A stretch of 64,000 bases of DNA. Source: Methanobacteriota archaeon. GTDB taxonomy: Archaea; Thermoplasmatota; Poseidoniia; Poseidoniales; Thalassarchaeaceae. Numbering within the stretch: position 1 is the first letter of the stretch; every line of letters starts with the position of its first letter. Where the stretch lies: NCBI GenBank assembly GCA_002712285.1, contig PATC01000016.1, forward strand, positions 17,219 to 81,218. Reading direction: 5' to 3'. The notes under the pieces were generated by a model. That model searched no databases and was not told the DNA's origin. It saw only the letters and a program-made list of their open reading frames with translations. Both the position numbers and the translations under genes were made by a program. Positions 56,051 through 64,000 of the stretch are shown in pieces.

Positions 56051-56821
56051 TCAACCTAATATCTCTCGAATTTTTCTTAAGGTATCTGGGGTTTTTATCC
56101 CCATCATTTCAATTTCATGCGCAATCGTGACTCCATCAACCTCTAATCCATCTGCAAGACAACCACGAACCATTTCATTTGGATAACCCAATTCACCAGA
56201 AGTTGTATTGTATCTTTTTTCATTATCTACATACAATGACTTATGCAGCCCACATAATACGTCATCCAACGCTCTTTTGGTGGCCCAATAGGCTCCAATA
56301 TTTGTTTCACCACGATCAGGCATTGTAACTTTTTCGAGATGGGTTTCCAAAGACCCAGTAACTCTTCCATCTGAATCACGAATTAAGGGCGCATATGGGC
56401 TATCCATGATTACAGTGGCAAGTGAGAAACTCAATTTCTTTTGTAGATGAATTTCCAACACACCTTCTACTGTTTCATTTCGAACTAATGGTTGAGTCCC
56501 AAATGAAACGTACACATGTTCCACCTTTTCAGACAAATAATCGAGTGAATTGTAAACTGCATTTCCAGTACCTAAAGCATGATTTTGAGTGATTATATGA
56601 CAATTCACACCTTCTAATGCATTTTCATATTCTTCTTCCCGTCCAGGAGGGACAACAATTAGAATTTGAGAAAATTTCAGATTACTATTGAGTAAGCGTT
56701 CAACAACAAATCGAGTTGCTGGCATACCTCCAACTTCTAGAAGTGGTTTGTGTGTAGTAATTCCACCATCCAACATTCTACTACCTTTGCCACCACATAA
56801 CAACACGGCAGCTAAGACCAT
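56051..56821 (-). CDS. Sugar-phosphate nucleotidyltransferase (GlmU N-terminal-domain-like)
   Basis: LLCGGKGSRM (the LxxGxGTRM-type NTP-binding loop), KPLLEVGG, LGTGNAV. Start at ATG 56821 (MVLAAVLLCGG). Confidence 0.72.
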   Translation of the reverse strand: MVLAAVLLCGGKGSRMLDGGITTHKPLLEVGGMPATRFVVERLLNSNLKFSQILIVVPPGREEEYENALEGVNCHIITQNHALGTGNAVYNSLDYLSEKVEHVYVSFGTQPLVRNETVEGVLEIHLQKKLSFSLATVIMDSPYAPLIRDSDGRVTGSLETHLEKVTMPDRGETNIGAYWATKRALDDVLCGLHKSLYVDNEKRYNTTSGELGYPNEMVRGCLADGLEVDGVTIAHEIEMMGIKTPDTLRKIREILG

Positions 56822-56900
56822 ACATCGCGCAGAACCAAACACTCCTTTTCTTTACCGATTAAATTACAACCCACCTCCCATCTTGAAGAGGTTGCAATGA

Positions 56901-57602
56901 TTGCGACCAGATATGTTGCTAATTGAGGCCGCTTGGGCGACGGGTATGGCCATTTGGGTTTTGATGGTGATTTATGGAACTCGTTGGACATATGATCGTT
57001 GGATTGCAAACGGAATGGAACCAATGGTAGCGGTCTATTATAATCGTAAAATCGTTCACATGTTAGCGGCAGGAGTTGTACTTCTGGTAATGCCGCTTGT
57101 TTTCACTCAACCTTGGTTACCTCTTCTTGGAGGATTTGCTCTAGGTAGTTTCACTGCATATATGCACAAATTTGGCGGAAGAATGCATTGGATGCAGAGT
57201 CCAGAAAACATGAATGATTCTTCATTTGCCTTCATGCTTGGAATTTCTGTATTCGTTCTTTGGATTTTATTCGACGACCCATGGCTGGCAGTTCTACCCT
57301 CCTTGTTCATGGCCTTTGGTGATGGAGTCACGGGCGTTGTTAGGAACAAATTATTCTCTCGTCGAACAAAGAGTGCATGGGGAAATGTTGCAATGGCAAT
57401 CGTCAGCCTTCCAATGGGTTGGTTCATTGGTGCAGCATCAATTACAGGAATCCCCCTGTGGGGTTTAATCGCGGGCGCAGCCTCTTCCTTTGTTGAGAGA
57501 TATGAGTTTGGACCAATTGATGATAATGTGCTTATTGTAGTTACATCTACATTGATATTGATCATAGGCGCTAATATCGGTGCGTTAGTTACAATGATGT
57601 AG
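56901..57602 (+). CDS. Polytopic membrane protein, possibly of the polyprenol (dolichol/phytol) kinase / cytidylyltransferase superfamily
   Basis: About 7 TM. AFGDGVTGVVRNKLFSRRTKSAWGNVAMAIVS resembles the GD..A..vG...G....KS.eGs.a motif of dolichol/phytol kinases. TTG start, with an alternative ATG at 56913. Confidence 0.42.
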   Translation: MRPDMLLIEAAWATGMAIWVLMVIYGTRWTYDRWIANGMEPMVAVYYNRKIVHMLAAGVVLLVMPLVFTQPWLPLLGGFALGSFTAYMHKFGGRMHWMQSPENMNDSSFAFMLGISVFVLWILFDDPWLAVLPSLFMAFGDGVTGVVRNKLFSRRTKSAWGNVAMAIVSLPMGWFIGAASITGIPLWGLIAGAASSFVERYEFGPIDDNVLIVVTSTLILIIGANIGALVTMM

Positions 57603-57688
57603 ATGTCATTGAGTGCAAGGATCTGAATTATCAGGAAAAAACGACTTTTCATAAGCGAACGAATTTTAATTCCAAAAACTCGTGGAGT

Positions 57689-58063
57689 GTGATTTGTGTG
57701 GAAACAGTGGTGATGGGTGTTCAATTAATTATTGCAGCAGTAATTTTCTTCGTTTGGACAATTCGATTTAATCTTGATACTAATTACCGGGGAGGTAATG
57801 CGAAAAACCTCCGTGAAGAATTCCAGGTTTATGGTTTGCCAAATTGGTCAGTACCAGTTGTTGGTCTAGCAAAGGTTAGCCTTGCAATTACACTCGTGGC
57901 CGGTATTTGGCTCCCACTTCCAGTGAAATCTGCAGCAATTTTGATGGCTGCCCTAATGGCAGGAGCAGTTTTGATGCATTTACGAATTCGGACAGATAAC
58001 ATCAGTAAAGCAGCGCCGGCAATTACTATGTTAGCAATGTCACTATTTGTTGCAGTAGCCTGA
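57689..58063 (+). CDS. DoxX-like family membrane protein
   Basis: 124 aa, 4 TM. EEFQVYGLPNWSVPVVGLAKVSLAITLVAG and MAGAVLMHLR fit the DoxX-like pattern. An alternative ATG is at 57713. Confidence 0.62.
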   Translation: MICVETVVMGVQLIIAAVIFFVWTIRFNLDTNYRGGNAKNLREEFQVYGLPNWSVPVVGLAKVSLAITLVAGIWLPLPVKSAAILMAALMAGAVLMHLRIRTDNISKAAPAITMLAMSLFVAVA

Positions 58064-58079
58064 AATTACAATCGACGGC

Positions 58080-58661
58080 TTGATGCGGGACGAGCATCTC
58101 GCCAACTCCATGACGGGCCGTGATGAGCTGCAACGCATTGCTCGGATGGTAGACATTCACCGCCAAAAAATGGAACGGATTGAGGAGCAATTAACACGAT
58201 TAGAATCCATTCACCTCGAGCAAGGTCAGGTAGTTAGGGCCATGCGTGAAATTCCAGAAGAGGGTATGATTGGTGCAATGATTCCCCTTGGTAGTGGAGT
58301 CCAACTTATGGTAGATATCCCAAAGGATTCCGGAGCGGTTGTTGATATTGGAACTGCAGTTCAAGCAGAGATGACAAGAGGGCAGGCAGCGGATCTTATT
58401 GAAGAACGACAAACTGAGATTAACACCCTAATTGAGTCATTAAAGAAAGAATTCGACTCAGCCGAATTAACCGTTAGAGAGCTTGCTGAAACATTCAATC
58501 AAGGCGTAGCCGCTATGGAGGAAACAACACCCCCTGAACAAGAGGCTCCTACTACCCTCTCTTCTCAGGAGAAAGTATCGACTGAAGTCGATGAGGAAAC
58601 GACGGAACGCCCACGCCGCCGCCGCCGTGGAATCGGAAGTGAACTTACTTTGGATGATTGA
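58080..58661 (+). CDS. pfdA: Prefoldin alpha subunit with an acidic/basic C-terminal extension
   Basis: Coiled coil - beta hairpins - coiled coil layout, with IPLGSGVQLMVDIPKDSGAVVDIGTAVQAEMTRGQAADLIEER typical of PfdA. Confidence 0.8.
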   Translation: MMRDEHLANSMTGRDELQRIARMVDIHRQKMERIEEQLTRLESIHLEQGQVVRAMREIPEEGMIGAMIPLGSGVQLMVDIPKDSGAVVDIGTAVQAEMTRGQAADLIEERQTEINTLIESLKKEFDSAELTVRELAETFNQGVAAMEETTPPEQEAPTTLSSQEKVSTEVDEETTERPRRRRRGIGSELTLDD

Positions 58662-58670
58662 GGGATTCCA

Positions 58671-59984
58671 ATGGGATTGTTCGATATCTTTCGATCTCGC
58701 ATCAAAGATTTGGGTGATTCACTTGATGAAGATGCATTAACTGCTGATGAGGATACGACAGAAGCCAAGAACGCCCTCTCAAAAAAAGAGGACATAATCG
58801 AACAGAATTTAGAAGAAACACCCCCAATTCAAAATCCAGAACTTATCGAAACAACAGAAGATGATGAATGGGAGGATTGGGATGATGAAATATCTAATTC
58901 TCCTACAACAGAAAAATCACTTCCAGAACGGCGAATTGCTCGAGACACATCTGAAACTGTTAGACCAAAAGGAAGCCGAGTAGATCTTCATGTTCTTCGT
59001 TCAACGACTGGGCGCAATCTAGTCTCTGTAGCGGACGCTCCACGAGCATCCATTGGATCTAGTAAGGTAGACTTAGACTCTGGTGCTAGTCTTGAGATCG
59101 ATTTAGGAGGAGGAATAGTCGAGACTGGTGGACGGGTGATCAAAGATTCCTCAGCCTTGGAATCATTACTTGAAGAAATGGAAATGATTCTTCTTGAAGC
59201 AGATATGGGGATTGAAGCAATCGATACAGTCCTAAATTTACTCAGAAACGAACTCATTGGGAGCCGCCTCCGCAAAGGTGCAAACCTTGCAAAAGTACTC
59301 GAAGCAAGCCTCAAAAGAGCACTAAGGTCACTTTTACGAGCAGGATATTGGGATCTCGATGAGACAGTAAATCGTCTTTCAAAAACCGAGGAGGGTCCTG
59401 TTGTTCTCATGGTTGTTGGTGTAAATGGTGTTGGGAAGACAACTAGTGTAGCTAAAATGGCTCATCGATTTACACAACAAGGCCACGATGTAGTTCTTGC
59501 CGCTGCTGATACATTCCGGGCGGGAGCGATTGATCAATTACAGATGCATGCTGACAGACTAAATGTTCGATGTGTTAGCAGTCAGCGAGGCGGCGATCCA
59601 GCTGCAATTGCTCGTGACGCAATCGATTCAGCGAAGGCACGAGGAGCAGATGTCGTAATTGTTGATACCGCAGGTCGAATGCAAAATAAGACGAATCTAA
59701 TGGAGGAACTTCGCAAAGTCCACCGTGTCTCTAACCCACATCTTGTGTTGTTTGTTGCTGACGCATTAGCTGGTAATGATGCAATTGAACAAGCAGTAGT
59801 TTTTCAGAAAATGCTTGATTTTGATGGATTCTTTTTGTGTAAATTAGATACTGCAAAAGGGGGAGCAGCCCTCTCAATTGCTCATATCACCGGCCGGCCG
59901 ATTGTAATGGTTGGAGTAGGCCAAGGCTACGAAGATTTACATCCCTTTGATCCAGACTGGCTGTTGGAGGAGATGTTTAGATGA
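58671..59984 (+). CDS. ftsY: Signal recognition particle receptor FtsY
   Basis: SRP-GTPase motifs GVNGVGKTT (G1), AADTFRAGAIDQL, DTAGR (G3), KLDTAKGG (G4), preceded by an acidic A-domain. Confidence 0.95.
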   Translation: MGLFDIFRSRIKDLGDSLDEDALTADEDTTEAKNALSKKEDIIEQNLEETPPIQNPELIETTEDDEWEDWDDEISNSPTTEKSLPERRIARDTSETVRPKGSRVDLHVLRSTTGRNLVSVADAPRASIGSSKVDLDSGASLEIDLGGGIVETGGRVIKDSSALESLLEEMEMILLEADMGIEAIDTVLNLLRNELIGSRLRKGANLAKVLEASLKRALRSLLRAGYWDLDETVNRLSKTEEGPVVLMVVGVNGVGKTTSVAKMAHRFTQQGHDVVLAAADTFRAGAIDQLQMHADRLNVRCVSSQRGGDPAAIARDAIDSAKARGADVVIVDTAGRMQNKTNLMEELRKVHRVSNPHLVLFVADALAGNDAIEQAVVFQKMLDFDGFFLCKLDTAKGGAALSIAHITGRPIVMVGVGQGYEDLHPFDPDWLLEEMFR

Positions 59985-60361
59985 ATTCACCATTTGAAGA
60001 CGAAAAATCAGAGCGGCTTTTTGGCTTGATTCAGATGCTTCAGAGAACTGCACTTGTGAATATGGGGGGCATCCCTGATCACGAGGGTCAAATCCATTTC
60101 AATCTCGGTGAGGCAAAGGCTGCAATTGATGCGATTGATGCCATCTATGAGAAAACTACAGGCAATCTATCTGAATTGGAAATGAATTTGTTGCGTGGAA
60201 CATTATCTGAACTTCGAATGATATTTGTTAAAGCACCTGAACAACAGGCTGCGATTGAAACGGAAATGAAACGCCAAGAGGAACTACACAAGACTTTCAC
60301 TGATCCTGCAGCTGCCCCGAGCGAAATCGTTCACACAGACAGCCATTCTGAAGAGGAATGA
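59981..60361 (+). CDS. DUF1844-like small protein
   Basis: FGLIQMLQRTALVNMGGIPD..NLGEAKAAIDAIDAIYEKTTGNLSELEMNLLRGTLSELRMIFV matches my recollection of the DUF1844 consensus (..LG..p.....dL..Ak..IDlL..L..KTkGNL...E..lL...L.eLR..yv). It overlaps the ftsY stop by 4 nt. Confidence 0.6.
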   Translation: MNSPFEDEKSERLFGLIQMLQRTALVNMGGIPDHEGQIHFNLGEAKAAIDAIDAIYEKTTGNLSELEMNLLRGTLSELRMIFVKAPEQQAAIETEMKRQEELHKTFTDPAAAPSEIVHTDSHSEEE

Positions 60362-61059
60362 CCGCGTCATTCATGTGTGCCCCCTTACCCTTCAGAGTCA
60401 TGACGACAGAACTGCCCAGCGCACTCGTCGTTGTGAATGAACGGAATGCACACCGCCGCATCACCGATTTACTTCGTCGCCGTGGTCACACGATTGAGGA
60501 CCAACCCAACGGGGATAGAGCTGTAGACACATATGTCAAAATGCGGCGTGAATCTCCAACCGTTGTCTTTCTTTCATTGGATGTTGCCGGACCTTTGAAT
60601 GGACATCTTGTAGGTCTTGAAATTAGAGAATCTGATCCCAATGCACGTCTAGTGTACATTTGTTCTAGAATTCGCCGTTCGATGGCTGAAGATGTTGCTT
60701 ACAGTGCGGGAGCAGTCGCCATCCTACAAGTTCCGTTTACAATGTCGGATATCGAAGGCGCATGGGAACAAATAATGGGGCCCGTACCAGAAGCACCTGG
60801 TCTCGCAGATCTTGACGAACTCTATCCAGATTTACGCACTATCGATGGCGATGAGGTAGTATCAGTCGAAGAGATCGCACCTCTACCTATTCCAGAAAAT
60901 CTACCTCCACCTCCTGAACCACTAATGCCGATTAATCCAGTTCAAACAAAAAAGAAGAAACGACGCTGGCCAAAATTTCTTTTGTTAATTACACTGGTAG
61001 GTGGAATTGGAGTAGTTGCTTATTTTCAACAAGATTTCATAATGCAATTACTGCCTTGA
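60358..61059 (+). CDS. Receiver-like (CheY-fold) domain protein with degenerate active site, Pro-rich linker and C-terminal TM anchor
   Basis: Layout ALVVVNERNA...VVFLSLDVAG...VYICS...AILQVPF parallels the REC beta-strands. The acidic DD pair is NE and the conserved Lys is replaced (QVPF). The C-terminus is PPPPEPLMP..KKKKRRWPKFLLLITLVGGIGVVAYF. Confidence 0.45.
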   Translation: MTASFMCAPLPFRVMTTELPSALVVVNERNAHRRITDLLRRRGHTIEDQPNGDRAVDTYVKMRRESPTVVFLSLDVAGPLNGHLVGLEIRESDPNARLVYICSRIRRSMAEDVAYSAGAVAILQVPFTMSDIEGAWEQIMGPVPEAPGLADLDELYPDLRTIDGDEVVSVEEIAPLPIPENLPPPPEPLMPINPVQTKKKKRRWPKFLLLITLVGGIGVVAYFQQDFIMQLLP

Positions 61060-61308
61060 TTCGTTGATTGTTGGGTTAGCTTCTTCAGGTTCTGCAATGT
61101 ATGGGGTGTAAGGAATAATTCGACTTCCTTCAGGGAAGTGATTCAAAACTTCAGATTGAATATTCCCTTCGTTAAGTATCTCGACATTACCATCATTCAA
61201 CATTTTTTCCAACCTTAACGAACGCCCTCTCATCCAAAGTAACCCCATACTCAACACAACAAAGAGGATCAGGACCAACCCCCAACCGATTAGACTAGTG
61301 ACATCCAT
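61048..61308 (-). CDS. Small single-pass membrane protein
   Basis: 86 aa with an N-terminal TM (LIGWGLVLILFVVLSMGLLW). It starts 4 nt after the pyrF stop. Its 3-prime end overlaps the convergent gene by 12 nt. Confidence 0.4.
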   Translation of the reverse strand: MDVTSLIGWGLVLILFVVLSMGLLWMRGRSLRLEKMLNDGNVEILNEGNIQSEVLNHFPEGSRIIPYTPYIAEPEEANPTINESRQ

Positions 61309-61312
61309 CTAC

Positions 61313-62104
61313 TCACCTGTCGAGTAGTGCCTGCCAAGATATTCGTGCATATTCAGCAGCAGCAGTTACCCTATCCTGACTTTGATGAATTCCTGAACCA
61401 ATAATCAGACAATCTGAACCAGCAAGCACAGCTTCACGAGGGTGACCATATCGTTGCCCTGCCACTCCATCGCCAACGGCGAGATTAATTCCAGGCGTCC
61501 AAATCATTCTGTTTGAACCAACAATTTGCTTTAATGCTCTAATCGCATCAGGCTTACTTCCATTTCCAATGTATCCAAGGACTCCATTTTCTTCATTCCC
61601 AAGCTCGACTACAGCCTTCGTATATTTTTCATCAAGGAGGTTGCCACGACTCGACATTTGGGCTAGAAGTAAAACCCCCCCTTCTCGATCTACATCTTTC
61701 CACCCATCTTGTAGACCTTGCACAATATCTGGTCCAGATATCAAGTGGGCTGTGACAATATCTGCCCAAGAACGAATATCGAAGGCACCAGCCATTTGTT
61801 GTCGACTTACTCTACCAATATCTGCAAATTTTCTATCTTCCCAAATTGCTACACCTTGAGTTCTTGCCTCATCGCATATTTCCATCCACCCTTCGATGTT
61901 CCAATCATCTACTATGTCAACGTGTAATTTCAGACATGCAATGTAGGGCCCTACTTCAGTGATCAATGCACTGATTTCATCCATTGTACGTAAATCGGCG
62001 GCTAGACAGACCAACGTTTCTTTTTCGATAGCCGCAGTCATGTATCGGCGAGCAAATGCACTATGATTTGAGGACCACAAACTTCCCCAGATATCCGCCG
62101 ACAT
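61313..62104 (-). CDS. pyrF: Orotidine 5-prime-phosphate decarboxylase
   Basis: CLKLHVDIV, EDRKFADIGRV (the DxKxxDIG motif) and a C-terminal GSDCLIIGSGI. 263 aa. Confidence 0.88.
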   Translation of the reverse strand: MSADIWGSLWSSNHSAFARRYMTAAIEKETLVCLAADLRTMDEISALITEVGPYIACLKLHVDIVDDWNIEGWMEICDEARTQGVAIWEDRKFADIGRVSRQQMAGAFDIRSWADIVTAHLISGPDIVQGLQDGWKDVDREGGVLLLAQMSSRGNLLDEKYTKAVVELGNEENGVLGYIGNGSKPDAIRALKQIVGSNRMIWTPGINLAVGDGVAGQRYGHPREAVLAGSDCLIIGSGIHQSQDRVTAAAEYARISWQALLDR

Positions 62105-62168
62105 ACTCCCCGCCTGTTTCGTTCCTCTGAACGAGGGACTATATCGGATTCCATAAAATTCTCACATT

Positions 62169-62411
62169 ATGTCTAATGTTGGTCGACTAGATCGAATTAT
62201 CCGGGGTTCGGCAGGAATTTCCATTGCGTTTGCTGAATTAACAGGATTTTTAGGCATCCTTGAGGTGATTTTCGAAGTATTTGCTCTTGGATTGGCAGTA
62301 TTCTTGACATTCACATCTCTAATGGGTTATTGTCCATTCTACCCAATTCTTGGAATTACTACTTGTCCTGTAGAGATCAATGAGGGACAAATCAGTCCTG
62401 AATTATCTTGA
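62169..62411 (+). CDS. DUF2892 (YgaP-like) small membrane protein
   Basis: MSNVGRLDRIIRGSAG...LMGYCPFYPILGITTCP is the characteristic DUF2892 pattern. 80 aa. Confidence 0.65.
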   Translation: MSNVGRLDRIIRGSAGISIAFAELTGFLGILEVIFEVFALGLAVFLTFTSLMGYCPFYPILGITTCPVEINEGQISPELS

Positions 62412-62446
62412 CACAGTTCAAGAACAACCATTGGAGGATGTAGAGT

Positions 62447-64000
62447 ATGGGCGATGATTTTCCGCCTGAAACATCTGGGTCATCCTGGATTCGAGTTCGA
62501 GGAGCCCGAACTCATAACTTGAAGAATATTGATGTTGATATTCCTCGTGATAAATTTGTAGTTATTTCAGGAGTTTCAGGGTCTGGAAAATCTAGCCTTG
62601 CTTTCGATACACTATACGCTGAAGGTCAACGAAGATATGTGGAAAGTCTTAGCTCTTATGCACGACAATTCCTCGGCCAGATGAAAAAACCCGATTGCGA
62701 TACAATTGATGGCCTATCACCATCGATTAGTATTGACCAAAAACAAGGCTCACATAATCCGCGTTCAACAGTTGCTACAGTAACCGAAATCATGGATTAT
62801 CTTCGACTTCTTTGGGCACGAATTGGCCGACCACATTGTCCTGAATGTGGTATTGAAGTTGCGAGGAGAACAGTTCAAGAAATCGTGGATGACGTAATGT
62901 GGCGGTTTGAAGGCCACGCGATTGCCATCTGGTCACCTGTAATTCGAGAACGAAAAGGTACACATGTTGATCTTCTACGAACCTTAATCGAACAAGGATA
63001 TACCACTGGTCGAATCAATGGTCGAGAAACTGAATTTGAAAATGCCCCCGAACTCGAGAAGAATTTACGCCACACTATCGATGTACGACTAGATCGGTTA
63101 CGCCTTTTGAAAACAAACCGCCAACGTCTCACAGAAGCAGTTGATGCTGGATTGCGGCTCGGAGGGGGAGCAGTGGCAATTGAATCATTAAGTGGAATAC
63201 AAGATTCAACAAAAGTAGAGAGCCCCAAATCTAGTGAGACAGAACCAGGAACGGTCATCCCATATTCTGAGGAGTTTGCGTGCCCAACCCATGGAGCATT
63301 TCTTCCGGAGATGAGTCCACGAATATTTTCCTTCAACAATCCCTTGGGGGCATGCCCAGGGTGCCAAGGCTTAGGAGTTCAGCGAAGCTTCAGTGAGGAA
63401 CTAATCATTGATTCTCAATTATCAGTTGAGGATGGATGTGTCACACCATTTCGTCTTTCAATGCATTCCAATTGGTACCGTTCGCAAATGGTTCAGGTTT
63501 GTGAGCACTATGGAATTAATCCCAGAATACCATTTGGTGAATTAGATGATGACGCTCAGGATATTCTTGTTCACGGTAGTGGGTCAACAATAATCCATTT
63601 TCACTATGAGTCAGAACGCGGCTCATCGTTTTCTTCCTCTAAACCATGGGAGGGAATAATTCCCCGCCTCAAAAGACAACTGACTGATACTTCATCAGAA
63701 AAAACCCGATCTCGCTTAGCCACTTACATGAATGACGAACCATGTCGTCAATGCGAAGGGCGGAAATTGAATCGCGCGACCTCAATGGTGACTGTAGGTG
63801 AGGTGACCCTACCGCAACTTTCCTCTTGTTCTGTTCTTGAGGCCCTTGCAGTCGTTCAAAGATGGCGAAGTGAGACAATAGACCCAATATGGCTTGAATT
63901 GGAAAGAGATGCACCTGATGGAGAAGTGTTAGAAATCACAAAATTGCTCACCGAACGCGACCTACATATCGGTCGGGAAGTAATCAAAGAGATTGAAAAT
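62447..64000 (+). CDS. uvrA: Excinuclease ABC subunit A (UvrA), N-terminal 518 codons; the ORF runs off the right edge
   Basis: ATG at 62447, preceded by [70 protein letters not shown] and [10 protein letters not shown] are near-invariant UvrA sequences. The frame is open to the window end. Confidence 0.95.
   Translation, partial: MGDDFPPETSGSSWIRVRGARTHNLKNIDVDIPRDKFVVISGVSGSGKSSLAFDTLYAEGQRRYVESLSSYARQFLGQMKKPDCDTIDGLSPSISIDQKQGSHNPRSTVATVTEIMDYLRLLWARIGRPHCPECGIEVARRTVQEIVDDVMWRFEGHAIAIWSPVIRERKGTHVDLLRTLIEQGYTTGRINGRETEFENAPELEKNLRHTIDVRLDRLRLLKTNRQRLTEAVDAGLRLGGGAVAIESLSGIQDSTKVESPKSSETEPGTVIPYSEEFACPTHGAFLPEMSPRIFSFNNPLGACPGCQGLGVQRSFSEELIIDSQLSVEDGCVTPFRLSMHSNWYRSQMVQVCEHYGINPRIPFGELDDDAQDILVHGSGSTIIHFHYESERGSSFSSSKPWEGIIPRLKRQLTDTSSEKTRSRLATYMNDEPCRQCEGRKLNRATSMVTVGEVTLPQLSSCSVLEALAVVQRWRSETIDPIWLELERDAPDGEVLEITKLLTERDLHIGREVIKEIEN

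Noticed and set aside
57107-57724. 205-aa ORF antisense to the 7-TM polyprenol-kinase-like gene
   Set aside because: The sense frame gives regular TM helices. The antisense product has no coherent hydrophobic pattern or motif, and its 5-prime end runs across the spacer into the start of the neighbouring DoxX gene.
1-64000. Screen for CRISPR arrays, IS elements, integrases next to the three tRNA genes, prophage or defence-island genes, rRNA, and in-frame TGA/TAG recoding
   Set aside because: I saw no regularly spaced repeat array, no transposase, integrase or recombinase motifs, and no restriction, helicase or nuclease clusters. The tRNA flanks are housekeeping genes. No interrupted ORF suggests Sec or Pyl. 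The only frame anomaly is the Sir2 start, reported as a finding.

Overview
This is a dense, almost gap-free stretch of archaeal chromosome. I count about 62 protein genes and 3 tRNAs (Leu-GAG, Arg-CCT, Asp-GTC). I saw no rRNA, CRISPR array, transposase, integrase or prophage. The archaeal origin rests on RNA polymerase subunit P, ribosomal protein LX/eL20, prefoldin alpha, an RFC-like clamp loader, diphthine synthase, Trm5/Tyw2, GGGP synthase and geranylgeranyl reductase. These sit alongside bacterial-type genes: UvrA, a MaeB-type fused malic enzyme, an MMPL/RND exporter and a MamK/MreB-like actin. The gene content (many exported peptidases and hydrolases with Cys lipoboxes, an AT-richer glycosylation island) fits a planktonic Thermoplasmatota / Marine Group II-like organism. 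That placement is inference and cannot be verified here.

Content by theme:
- Central metabolism: pyk, maeB, pyrF, guaA subunit A, a Cys/Met PLP enzyme.
- Exported hydrolases: BNR propeller, M28, S15/CocE, S8, Reg_prop-like propeller.
- Surface-glycan cluster (35.3-41.6 kb) with WbpB/D/E-like enzymes.
- Ether-lipid genes: GGR, then ferredoxin / degenerate GGR-like / GGGPS.
- Information processing: RFC-like, rpoP, eL20, pfdA-ftsY, uvrA.

Most interesting observations:
- An actin-fold (MamK/MreB-like) ATPase is followed by a 403-aa coiled-coil protein. The coiled-coil stop overlaps, as ATGA, the start of a 23-codon Cys-rich micro-ORF built on a 9-bp repeat.
- A Sir2 deacetylase gene has its conserved GAGISAESGI motif upstream of any ATG/GTG/TTG. 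An ATGA-coupled ATG sits one frame off.
- A ferredoxin / degenerate-GGR / GGGPS module.
- A pfdA-ftsY-DUF1844-pseudo-receiver operon.

All product calls come from motifs read by eye in the supplied translations. No database search was possible.
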